Shown one piece after another: positions 9,330-18,141 of a DNA stretch of 64,000 bases. The stretch's first letter is position 1; each line of letters starts with the position of its first letter. This stretch comes from an uncultured Selenomonadales bacterium. GTDB lineage: Bacteria > Bacillota > Negativicutes > Selenomonadales > Selenomonadaceae. The stretch is taken from assembly GCA_937910665.1 (NCBI GenBank), contig CALEPR010000036.1:1198-65197 (forward strand). Reading direction: 5' to 3'. Under the pieces are notes generated by a model. The model was given only the letters and a program-made list of their open reading frames with translations. It ran no database searches and was not told the origin of the DNA. The position numbers and the translations under genes were made by a program.

Positions 9330-10061
9330 TTATTTTTTCGACTTCTTGGACTTAGATTTTTTATCATTGTCATCGATCAACAAGTCAGTCGCATCTTTGT
9401 AAGTCGCTACAGATTTTCTGAAATTTAAAACAACCTCATCATTTAAATTTGTCGTGATGAGTTGAATAGAAATGCATCTGCCACTTTTCGTCCGGAAAAA
9501 AACTACTTCATTCTGAGTTTGGGCAACCGCAACTCCTTCAACCTCTCCGGCAGAATTTTTAACTTCAATTTCTCTCGCGGTCACGGCAAATACGCCTTTA
9601 TTTCCTTCAGAAACATCGTCGACAATCGCATCTTCATAGGCGTTGTTGATTTTCAATTTTTCAAGGTAAGCGTCCAAAGTTTTTTTCTTGGCTTTGTTAA
9701 AGTCGGGAGCGGTATTTGTGTCGAAAGCCTCGAACTGAATTTGATAGCCGTAAAGAATCGTCGCTCCGTCGTTGGCAAAGACCAGAAGTTCTCCGCGCTT
9801 TTTTGGATCGGGAAAAGGATTGACTACAACTTTCGGCTCGGCAGGACACATTATTTTAAAACCAAAAGTTTTGCTGGTGTAGTCAAAACCTACAGAATTT
9901 TCTTCAGTCGCCACCAAATTTTCTTCAACAGAATTTTTTTCAGTCGTTGCCGCTGAACTTTCCTCAACAGAATTTTTTTCAGCAGAATTTTCCTCCGCCG
10001 CAAAAGTTGTCACACAAAAAAAAGTTGCAAGCAAAAATGTTATCAAAAAAATCTTTCGCAT
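9330..10061 (-). CDS. Secreted acidic repeat protein (hypothetical)
   Basis: ATG at 10061 lies 9 nt after GGAGGA. Signal peptide MRKIFLITFLLATFFCVTTFA, followed by EENS/EKNSVEE peptide repeats and a Lys-rich tail. Confidence 0.6.
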   Translation of the reverse strand: MRKIFLITFLLATFFCVTTFAAEENSAEKNSVEESSAATTEKNSVEENLVATEENSVGFDYTSKTFGFKIMCPAEPKVVVNPFPDPKKRGELLVFANDGATILYGYQIQFEAFDTNTAPDFNKAKKKTLDAYLEKLKINNAYEDAIVDDVSEGNKGVFAVTAREIEVKNSAGEVEGVAVAQTQNEVVFFRTKSGRCISIQLITTNLNDEVVLNFRKSVATYKDATDLLIDDNDKKSKSKKSKK

Positions 10062-10313
10062 AAAAAAATTTCCTCCATTCATTTTCAAATTTATTTTACT
10101 TTAAATACAGATAAAAAAACACTCGCCGATTTTTATTTTCTGTTTGCTGATTCTTCCAACAGCGCAATTTTCCTGCAAAAAATTTTTCAAACCGCATATC
10201 TGCAGTTCTATTTTTTACTTTCTGACTTCAGTCGCCAACAGTGACAAAAAACTCCTGCAGCTAATTTTTCCACAGGAGTTTTTTTTTGCGAACTTATTCA
10301 ATCAAAAAATTTT

Positions 10314-13300
10314 TTACGCTTTGCCCGCAAGAATTTTGTAACCGTTCAATCTTTCTTCTGCATCTTTCTGCGTCTTTGCAAAAAGTTCTTCCGCTTGGTC
10401 GGGGAAATTTCTCTGGAGCGAAGAATATCTCACTTCGCCCAACAAAAATTCTTGGAATTTGCTGAAGTCAGGTTCTTTGGAATCGAGCGTGAAAGGATTT
10501 TTTCCGCTGCTGATAAGTTGAGGATTATATCTCCAGTTCGCCCAGTAACCGCACTCGACAGCCAATTTACCTTCAAGCTGACTGTTGCCCATGCCTTTTC
10601 TGATTCCGTGATTGATGCAAGGAGCGTAAGCAACGATGAGCGAAGGACCGTTATAAGCCTCAGCCTCAGTTATCGCCTTCAAAAGTTGATTTTGATCTGC
10701 ACCCATTGAAACCTGCGCGACGTAAACATAACCATAACTCATCGCCATTTTTCCGAGATCTTTTTTCTTGGTCTTTTTACCTGTCGCGGCAAATTGTGCG
10801 ATAGCCGATGCAGGAGTTGCCTTGCTAGCCTGTCCGCCGGTGTTGGAATAAACTTCTGTGTCAAAGACAAAGACATTGATATTTTCTCCGCTGGCGAGGA
10901 CGTGATCCAGTCCGCCGTAACCAATGTCATAAGCCCAGCCGTCGCCGCCGACAATCCACTGCGAACGCTTTACAAAGTAGTCGCGATTATCATAAATTTT
11001 GTTGAGAAGTTCGTCGTCGCCTTTTTCTTTTTCAAGAATCGCAGTCAATTTGTCTGCACGTTCGCGAGTATTTTCGCTAACTTTTCTATTTTCTTTCCAG
11101 TCAGCCAACGCTGCGCGAAGTTCGTGACTTCCTTTGCCTTCCTCGATAGCTTGAGTTGCAAAGTTGACAAGTGCGCCACGAATTGCGCGAACGCCCAAGA
11201 ACATTCCTAAACCATACTCGGCATTATCCTCAAAAAGCGAATTGCCCCAAGCCGGTCCATGTCCTTTGTGATTTTTTGTGTAAGGCATAGCCGGTGCAGA
11301 CGCACCCCAGATTGAGGAACAACCTGTAGCATTTGCAACCATCATTCTGTCGCCGAAAAGTTGCGTTAAAAGTTTCATGTATGGAGTTTCTCCGCAACCT
11401 GCACAAGCACCGCTGAACTCAAACAGTGGCTTTTCAAACTGACTGCCGATGACTGTAGTTTTTTTGGTCGGATTAGTTTTCGGGGAAACTTTTTTCACAT
11501 CAACGCCGTAGTCAAAATATTTCTGCTTAGATTTTTGTTCGTCGTTGAGCGAAGTCATTGTCAAAGCCTGTTTCGGACAAACTTGAGCGCAGTTTCCGCA
11601 ACCCAAGCAGTCCAAAGTTGAAACAGCGATTGTCAAATTATATGCGCCGCGAGAAATTTTTGAAGGAATTGACGGCATACCTTCAGGGGCGTTTTGAAGT
11701 TCCTCAGGCGTGGTTAAAATTGGTCTGATAGCCGCGTGCGGACAAACAAAACTGCACTGGTTACAACCGATACATTTATCTTTATCCCAGCAAGGAACTT
11801 TGATAGCAGTGCCGCGTTTTTCGTAAGCCGAACCGCCGAGAGGAAAAGTTCCGTCGACAAATCTTTGAAGTTTGCTGACAGGTAAAATTTCGCCTTCCTG
11901 CCTGTTCATAACTTCCTGGATTTCGCTGATAAATTTCGGAACATCTTGAGCCGATGAACTTTCTTTTTCGCCTTTGGCGTCAATGTCCCAGCCGCTGATG
12001 TCAACTTTGTGAAGAGCCTCGATACCTTTGTCAATCGCTCCGCAGTTCATCTCGACAATCTGCGGACCTTTTTTGCCGTAAGATTTTTCTACAGCATCTT
12101 TAAGATATTTTACAGCTTCATCGAGCGGAATAATATTTGCAAGTTTAAAAAACGCCGCCTGCATAACCATATTGAAACGTCCGCCAAGACCGAGTTCGCC
12201 GGCAATTTTTACTGCGTTGACTGTGTAAACGTTAATATCATTTTCGGCAATGTAGCGTTTCATATAGGCAGGAAGTTTTTTGCCAAGTTTTTCGTCGCTC
12301 CAGTCAGTGTTGAGGAGGAAAGTTCCGCCTTTTTTCATTCCTGCAATCAAGTTGTAGTTGTGGACATAACTTTTTTGCGAACAGGAAACAAAGTCAGGTT
12401 TTGTAATTAAGTAAGGCGAATTGATTGGCGATTTACCGAAACGCAAATGACTCATGGTAATTCCGCCGGACTTTTTGGAGTCGTAAGCAAAATAAGCCTG
12501 AGCATAAAGTTCAGTGTTGTCGCCGATGATTTTAATTGCAGATTTATTCGCTCCGACTGTTCCGTCGCTGCCAAGTCCCCAGAATTTACAAGCAGTAGTT
12601 CCTTCCGGGGTTAAATCTACATCGTGACTGTCAGCCTCCAAAGATTTGTGTGTAACGTCGTCATTGATTCCGATCGTGAAACCGTTCATAGGTTTGTCTT
12701 TGGAAAGTTCATGATAAACTGCAAGCATTTGGTCAGGCGTTGTATCTTTTCCGCCGAGACCGTAACGACCGCCGACAATTACAGGCGCATTTTCTGAATC
12801 ATAAAACGCCGCGCGAACTTCCAGGTACAAAGGTTCACCAATCGCGCCGCTTTCCTTCGTCCTGTCGAGGACAGCAATTTTCTTGACAGTTTTCGGAATC
12901 GCGTTCAAGAAATGTTTCACGCTGAAAGGTCTGAACAAATGCACACTGACAACGCCGACTTTTTCACCTTTGTCATTAAGATATTTCGCCGCCTCCTCAG
13001 CAGTTTGACAACCTGAACCGATAGCGATGATAATTCTGTCAGCATCAGGTGCGCCGTAGTAGTCGAAAATGTGATGTTCGCGACCTGTAATTTTTGAAAT
13101 TTCAGCCATCGACTCCTCGACAATGTCGGGAAGTTTGTCATAGTTGTTGTTGATAGTTTCGCGAATCTGGAAATAGACATCCGGATTAGTTGCCGTGCCG
13201 CGAATGACAGGATGGTCAGGATTTAAAGCACTGCGGCGGAAGTCGTCAATAGCTTTGTAGTCGACAATTTTTGCCAAGTCCGAATAGTCGATAGTTTCGA

Positions 13301-13847
13301 TTTTTTGAATTTCGTGCGACGTTCTGAAGCCGTCGAAGAAATTTATAAAAGGTATTCTTCCTTTAATCGCGGCAAGGTGAGCGACTGCCGACAAGTCCAT
13401 AACTTCCTGCACGCTGGACTCTGCCAACATTGCACAACCTGTCTGACGCGCCGCCATAACGTCTTGATGATCTCCAAAAATATTTAAAGTTGAAGTTGCG
13501 AGTGCTCTTGCTGAAACGTGGAAAACTCCGGGCAAAAGTTCGCCGGCAATTTTGTACAAATTTGGAATCATCAGCAAAAAACCTTGCGACGCTGTGTAAG
13601 TTGTAGTTAATGCTCCGGCTTGCAAACTGCCGTGAACTGTTCCTGCCGCGCCGCCTTCAGATTGCAATTCAACCAATTTAACTTTCTGACCAAAAATATT
13701 TTTAGTGCCTCGCGCCGCCATTTCGTCAACGCTTTCAGCCATTGGTGACGACGGAGTTATTGGATATATTGCCGCAACATCAGTAAAGGCATAAGAAATA
13801 TAAGCCGCCGCTGCGTTGCCGTCCATTGTTTTCATTTTTTTAGCCAT
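10314..13847 (-). CDS. nifJ: Pyruvate:ferredoxin (flavodoxin) oxidoreductase
   Basis: 1177 aa single-chain PFOR. It has two 4Fe-4S ferredoxin motifs (CIGCNQCSFVCP, CLGCGNCAQVCP) and a TPP-binding GDG region (IVGGDGWAYDIGYGG). Confidence 0.95.
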   Translation of the reverse strand: MAKKMKTMDGNAAAAYISYAFTDVAAIYPITPSSPMAESVDEMAARGTKNIFGQKVKLVELQSEGGAAGTVHGSLQAGALTTTYTASQGFLLMIPNLYKIAGELLPGVFHVSARALATSTLNIFGDHQDVMAARQTGCAMLAESSVQEVMDLSAVAHLAAIKGRIPFINFFDGFRTSHEIQKIETIDYSDLAKIVDYKAIDDFRRSALNPDHPVIRGTATNPDVYFQIRETINNNYDKLPDIVEESMAEISKITGREHHIFDYYGAPDADRIIIAIGSGCQTAEEAAKYLNDKGEKVGVVSVHLFRPFSVKHFLNAIPKTVKKIAVLDRTKESGAIGEPLYLEVRAAFYDSENAPVIVGGRYGLGGKDTTPDQMLAVYHELSKDKPMNGFTIGINDDVTHKSLEADSHDVDLTPEGTTACKFWGLGSDGTVGANKSAIKIIGDNTELYAQAYFAYDSKKSGGITMSHLRFGKSPINSPYLITKPDFVSCSQKSYVHNYNLIAGMKKGGTFLLNTDWSDEKLGKKLPAYMKRYIAENDINVYTVNAVKIAGELGLGGRFNMVMQAAFFKLANIIPLDEAVKYLKDAVEKSYGKKGPQIVEMNCGAIDKGIEALHKVDISGWDIDAKGEKESSSAQDVPKFISEIQEVMNRQEGEILPVSKLQRFVDGTFPLGGSAYEKRGTAIKVPCWDKDKCIGCNQCSFVCPHAAIRPILTTPEELQNAPEGMPSIPSKISRGAYNLTIAVSTLDCLGCGNCAQVCPKQALTMTSLNDEQKSKQKYFDYGVDVKKVSPKTNPTKKTTVIGSQFEKPLFEFSGACAGCGETPYMKLLTQLFGDRMMVANATGCSSIWGASAPAMPYTKNHKGHGPAWGNSLFEDNAEYGLGMFLGVRAIRGALVNFATQAIEEGKGSHELRAALADWKENRKVSENTRERADKLTAILEKEKGDDELLNKIYDNRDYFVKRSQWIVGGDGWAYDIGYGGLDHVLASGENINVFVFDTEVYSNTGGQASKATPASAIAQFAATGKKTKKKDLGKMAMSYGYVYVAQVSMGADQNQLLKAITEAEAYNGPSLIVAYAPCINHGIRKGMGNSQLEGKLAVECGYWANWRYNPQLISSGKNPFTLDSKEPDFSKFQEFLLGEVRYSSLQRNFPDQAEELFAKTQKDAEERLNGYKILAGKA

Positions 13848-14477
13848 ACGCTTTTAAAATTCTCCTCTCAATTTTTAAGTTGGGCTACGATTTAACTGAC
13901 CGAAATTTTAAAGTCACTTACCGCGACTGCTCATACAGTCATCCAACCGAATTGCCGTTTTGTTGCCTATAATTTTCCCGACAAAGTTTGAATTTAACTC
14001 GACTTGTCGAACTATTAACAGTCAAAAAAACTTTTTCCCTCGACTGCCGACAGTTCTGTCTGCCGCATCTATCCTAAAAAAATTGCACAAAAAAATTAGA
14101 AGCTACCTCCACAAAAATAAATCTCGCAAATTATATCACGCCAATTTGCAAAAGTAAAATTTCTTCAACTCAAAAATTTTTGCCACCGAATTGTAAAATT
14201 AAGTTGAACAGATAAAAAAAGCTCCACAATGAAAATCTCAAATGATAAAATGTAGTTGTGAATTAACATTTCAAGACCAGCTATGAAAAGTCAAGCTGAA
14301 ATTTGAGCAGGCACATAAGGTTTATTATTACTCCGGTGATTAAAAATAACCAAAAAAAATCTTTAAGTCTTTTCAAGCTCCCGTATATGCTCGTGATTTA
14401 GTTTTTACGACGTGGGATTTATTGATGCCAGAGTAATATTATTGCAATTTGCAATCAAAAAAAATCAATTTTTTTTC

Positions 14478-14506
14478 TTGACAAAATAAAAAAATATTTT
14501 GATAAT
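14478..14506 (+). promoter_or_regulatory. Sigma70-like promoter upstream of the flagellin gene
   Basis: TTGACA (14478-14483), 17-nt spacer, GATAAT (14501-14506). It ends about 45 nt upstream of the start codon. Confidence 0.5.
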
Positions 14507-14552
14507 CTGAATGAGGATTTTAGGAAATTTATTCAAGGAAGGAGAAATTTTT

Positions 14553-16727
14553 ATGTCGATGGTTGTCAAAAATAATTTAGAAGCCGTGAGAACCTTAAAT
14601 GTGTTGAACCAAAATTCTTCACTCCTGCAACAAAGTTTGGAAAGAGTTTCGCGCGGACAAAAAATAAATTCTGCCAAAGATGATGCTTCGGCTTATGCGA
14701 TCTCAGAAAAAATGCGCGAACAGATCCGAACTTTGACTCAAGGAAATCAAAATGTTCAGAATGGCAGTTCGTTGTTGAAAATTGCTGAGGCTGGAGTCAG
14801 TAATATTGTCGAGGAACTCAGAAACTTGAAAGAACTTGCAATCAATGCGGCGAACGACACAAATACAGATCGAGATCGCGCAACTATTCAAAAAGAATTT
14901 ACTCAAAAAGTTGAGAACATTAACGACATCGCCACTACCACAAATTATAACAAAATAACTTTGTTGGACGGCACTTGGAGCAGAAAAATTATCGATGGTT
15001 TCACTACTCCCGAAGTTCCTGCACCGAATTACACCTCGCAGAAAAAAAATGTTTCCGAACCAACAGGCACGCCGACAATAATCAATAACAATGTTTACAA
15101 CATTACCGCCGACGGTGTCTATGATCTGGTAACTGGCGCAGGAGCTGTTACCATTTCCGCGGGGGTACGAAATGTAAAATTTACTCAATCAGGCGAAGGG
15201 ACTCTTGCCGGCGTGAGTATCACAGGATCTTCCGACGGTAACGCAAACATTTGGATTGATAGTTTGAATATAAGTAACAATGCAAACAATGTTTTCAAGT
15301 TTCAAGGCAGCGGTAATGTTTTGACAGTTAAAGGCACAAATACTTTGACTGAAAGCAGTTCGACAATGGCGGCAATAAATGTCGGTGGCGGTTTGAATGT
15401 TCAAGGCGACGGAACTCACTCCTTGACGGTGAAAACTACAAGCGGTTACGGAGCGGCTATCGGTTCAAATCAAGGAGAAAATTCCACAGGCTACATAAAT
15501 CTTTACAACTTGACTTTAAGCGATGCTTATGCCCACAACGGAGCAGTTATTGGCGCAGGTGGAAGTGGTGGCTCGGTCGGAAAAATTACGATAGAAAATT
15601 CCACAATCGACGCTAAAGGACATTTCAACGCCATAATCGGCTCAGGAAACAAAAACTCTACATGCGGAGATGTTTGGATTGTAAATTCTTCACTCACGGC
15701 AGGAAAAGTTGATGGTGACGTTGGACTTGTCGATACAGGAATCGGCTCAGGTTACAGTGGATCTGTTTGCGGGGACATTTACATTTTGGATTCAACTGTC
15801 GAAGTTCATAACCAACTTAGTGCAGTCATTGGTGCGGGCGATGCAGCTAAGTGTGGAGATATTTTTGTTTCAGCTTCTACAGTCAAAGGTCAAAGCGATG
15901 TCGGTGCGTGTATCGGTTCTGGACAAGGCGGATCAACTACAGGAGATATAACTATCACAAACGCATCAGCAATTTCGCACAAGTCATCTGACGGCGCGGT
16001 TATCGGTTCAGGTGCAACCGGCAAGGTGGGAAAAATTACTGTGACAAAAACTTCGATTGATTTAATGGACGCATCAGCAGCTTACACTGATGAAACCCAT
16101 AAATATGCCGGAATTGGTCGTGGCAAAAATGGCGACGCAGGAAGTACAGAAGTTGATCTTCTGGAAATTCCGCTCTATAGATCGAATCCCTTGAAAATTC
16201 ACGGCGGTACAAAAGCTAATCAAGCTACAGGATTCTGCATTGAGGATATGCACACAAAATCACTCGGTACAGGCGATTTAATTGATTATGACGGCACGTT
16301 TATCAAAGAAAGTGACAAAGAAAGATATATTGCACTCGGACTGAGTAGTGAATCAACTTATCAAACAGATTTGCAAGCGCAATGGCTGGCAACTGTCACC
16401 GCTGCAGAAAATAAAACTTTGGACAAAATCGACGTAAAAACAAAACAAAATGCAAATGTCGCTATAAGAGTTCTGGACGGTGCGATTGATTATGCACTGG
16501 ACGAGGCGACCAACTTGGGAGCAGCACTTCAGCGACTTGACTATACCTACAGCAATATTGCAACGATGAGCGAAAATATTCAGTCATCAGAAAGTACAAT
16601 TCGCGATTCCGATATGGCGAAAGAAATGATAACTTACACAAAGAATGGTCTTCTTTTGCAAACGGCACAGTCAATGCTTGCTCAGGCAAATCAAAATTCT
16701 TCTGCAGTTTTAAGTTTGTTGCAATAA
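14553..16727 (+). CDS. fliC: Flagellin with very large internal insertion
   Basis: The N-terminal D0/D1 region (NNLEAVRTLNVLNQN, INSAKDDASAYAISEKM) and the C-terminal D1/D0 region (NLGAALQRLDYTYSN, LLLQTAQSMLAQANQ) are conserved. ATG at 14553 follows AAGGAAGGAGAA. Confidence 0.9.
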   Translation: MSMVVKNNLEAVRTLNVLNQNSSLLQQSLERVSRGQKINSAKDDASAYAISEKMREQIRTLTQGNQNVQNGSSLLKIAEAGVSNIVEELRNLKELAINAANDTNTDRDRATIQKEFTQKVENINDIATTTNYNKITLLDGTWSRKIIDGFTTPEVPAPNYTSQKKNVSEPTGTPTIINNNVYNITADGVYDLVTGAGAVTISAGVRNVKFTQSGEGTLAGVSITGSSDGNANIWIDSLNISNNANNVFKFQGSGNVLTVKGTNTLTESSSTMAAINVGGGLNVQGDGTHSLTVKTTSGYGAAIGSNQGENSTGYINLYNLTLSDAYAHNGAVIGAGGSGGSVGKITIENSTIDAKGHFNAIIGSGNKNSTCGDVWIVNSSLTAGKVDGDVGLVDTGIGSGYSGSVCGDIYILDSTVEVHNQLSAVIGAGDAAKCGDIFVSASTVKGQSDVGACIGSGQGGSTTGDITITNASAISHKSSDGAVIGSGATGKVGKITVTKTSIDLMDASAAYTDETHKYAGIGRGKNGDAGSTEVDLLEIPLYRSNPLKIHGGTKANQATGFCIEDMHTKSLGTGDLIDYDGTFIKESDKERYIALGLSSESTYQTDLQAQWLATVTAAENKTLDKIDVKTKQNANVAIRVLDGAIDYALDEATNLGAALQRLDYTYSNIATMSENIQSSESTIRDSDMAKEMITYTKNGLLLQTAQSMLAQANQNSSAVLSLLQ

Positions 16728-16796
16728 AAAAATTTTCGATAATCTTGTTGCAAGAAAAATTAACAAGTAGAAAATAAATTTTTACAAATAAAAAAA

Positions 16797-16832
16797 ATCT
16801 CGGTGCGGATTTCGTGTCGAGATAATTTTTTT
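16797..16832 (+). terminator. Rho-independent terminator after the flagellin gene
   Basis: ATCTCG (16797-16802) pairs with CGAGAT (16818-16823), followed by a T-run. Confidence 0.6.
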
Positions 16833-16880
16833 ATTCAGTTGCAAAAGTTTTTTTTCTGCAAAATTTTTCTGCAAAATTTT

Positions 16881-17948
16881 TTAGTCTGCCGAGTTCAAAA
16901 TTAAATCAATTTCCTTGAAAAGTTCTGCGACAAGTTCGGACTCGGGAACTTTGCGAATAATTTCTCCTTTGCGAAAAATAATTCCTTCGCCGCTCGCTCC
17001 CGCAATTCCAACGTCTGCGGTTCTCGCTTCGCCCGGTCCATTGACGACGCAACCCATGACGGCGACTGTAATATTTTTTTTGACGGCAGAAAGTTTTTCC
17101 TCGACCTGCGCGGCGATTTTCGGCAAATCAATTCCGGTTCGTCCACAAGTAGGACAAGCAATTAAAGTCGCGCCGTAATCTTTCAAGCCGAGAGATTTCA
17201 AAATTTCATTCGCAACTTTGACTTCGACGACAGGATCGCCTGTCAAAGAAACTCTGATCGTGTCGCCAATTCCCTCTGCCAAAAGCGCACCAATTCCAAC
17301 GGCGGATTTTATAACGCCTGTATTTTGAGTTCCCGCCTCCGTAATTCCTAAATGCAGAGGATAATTTACTTTTTCGGAAATCAATCTGTAAGCCGCCAAA
17401 GTCAAAGGAACGTCGTGCGCCTTGAGTGAAATTTTTATGTCGAAAAAATTTTCTTCCTCCAAAATTTTTATATGCTCCAGAGCGGACTCGACAAGAGCCT
17501 CTGCAGTTGCTCCTCCATATTTCTGCAAAAGTTTTCTGCTCAAAGAACCTGCGTTCACACCGATGCGGATCGGAATATTTTTTTCCTTCGCCGCCGCGAC
17601 GACTTCGCGAACATGAGCCGCACCGCCAATATTTCCCGGGTTCAATCTCAATGCTGCCACGCCCTGAGAAATTGCCTCAAGCGCAAGTTTGTAATCGAAA
17701 TGTATGTCGGCGATTATTGGAACTTCGACTGCAGAAATTATTTCAGACAAATTTTTTGCCGCAGCCATATTCGGAACAGCCAAACGAACAATATCGCAAC
17801 CTGCGTCCTGAAGTTTAAAAATTTGTTCGACAGTAGATTTTGTGTCGGTCGTCTTGGTGTTCGTCATGGATTGGACGCTGACAGGTGCGCCGCCGCCAAT
17901 TTTTATTTTGCCGACCTGAATTTGTTTTGTAATTTTTCTTTCAAACAT
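16881..17948 (-). CDS. ispG: 4-hydroxy-3-methylbut-2-enyl diphosphate synthase
   Basis: 355 aa GcpE family protein (VQSMTNT, ADIHFD, RINPGN-like LNPGNIG, C-terminal CPTCGR cluster ligands). Start taken at ATG 17948. Confidence 0.93.
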   Translation of the reverse strand: MFERKITKQIQVGKIKIGGGAPVSVQSMTNTKTTDTKSTVEQIFKLQDAGCDIVRLAVPNMAAAKNLSEIISAVEVPIIADIHFDYKLALEAISQGVAALRLNPGNIGGAAHVREVVAAAKEKNIPIRIGVNAGSLSRKLLQKYGGATAEALVESALEHIKILEEENFFDIKISLKAHDVPLTLAAYRLISEKVNYPLHLGITEAGTQNTGVIKSAVGIGALLAEGIGDTIRVSLTGDPVVEVKVANEILKSLGLKDYGATLIACPTCGRTGIDLPKIAAQVEEKLSAVKKNITVAVMGCVVNGPGEARTADVGIAGASGEGIIFRKGEIIRKVPESELVAELFKEIDLILNSAD

Positions 17949-17960
17949 TTTTCTACCCCG

Positions 17961-18140
17961 CAAAAAAATTTTACTTCAAAAAAAATTTTACTTCCAAAAA
18001 ATTTTACTTCCGAAAAAATTTTACTTCAAAAAAATTTCACTTCAAAAAAATTTCACTTCAAAAAAATTTTTACTTCCAAAAAAATTTCACTTCCAAAAAA
18101 ATTTCACTTCCAAAAAATTTTTACTTCCCCAAAAAAAATT
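17961..18140. repeat. Tandem array of ~10 units of 16-18 nt (AAAAAAATTTYACTTCC)
   Basis: Direct reading shows consecutive units with no spacers. The array fills the whole der-ispG intergenic gap. Confidence 0.9.
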
Positions 18141-18141
18141 T

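Noticed and set aside
17961-18140. Possible CRISPR array
   Set aside because: The units are contiguous with no unique spacers and are too short (16-18 nt). No cas genes are in the window.
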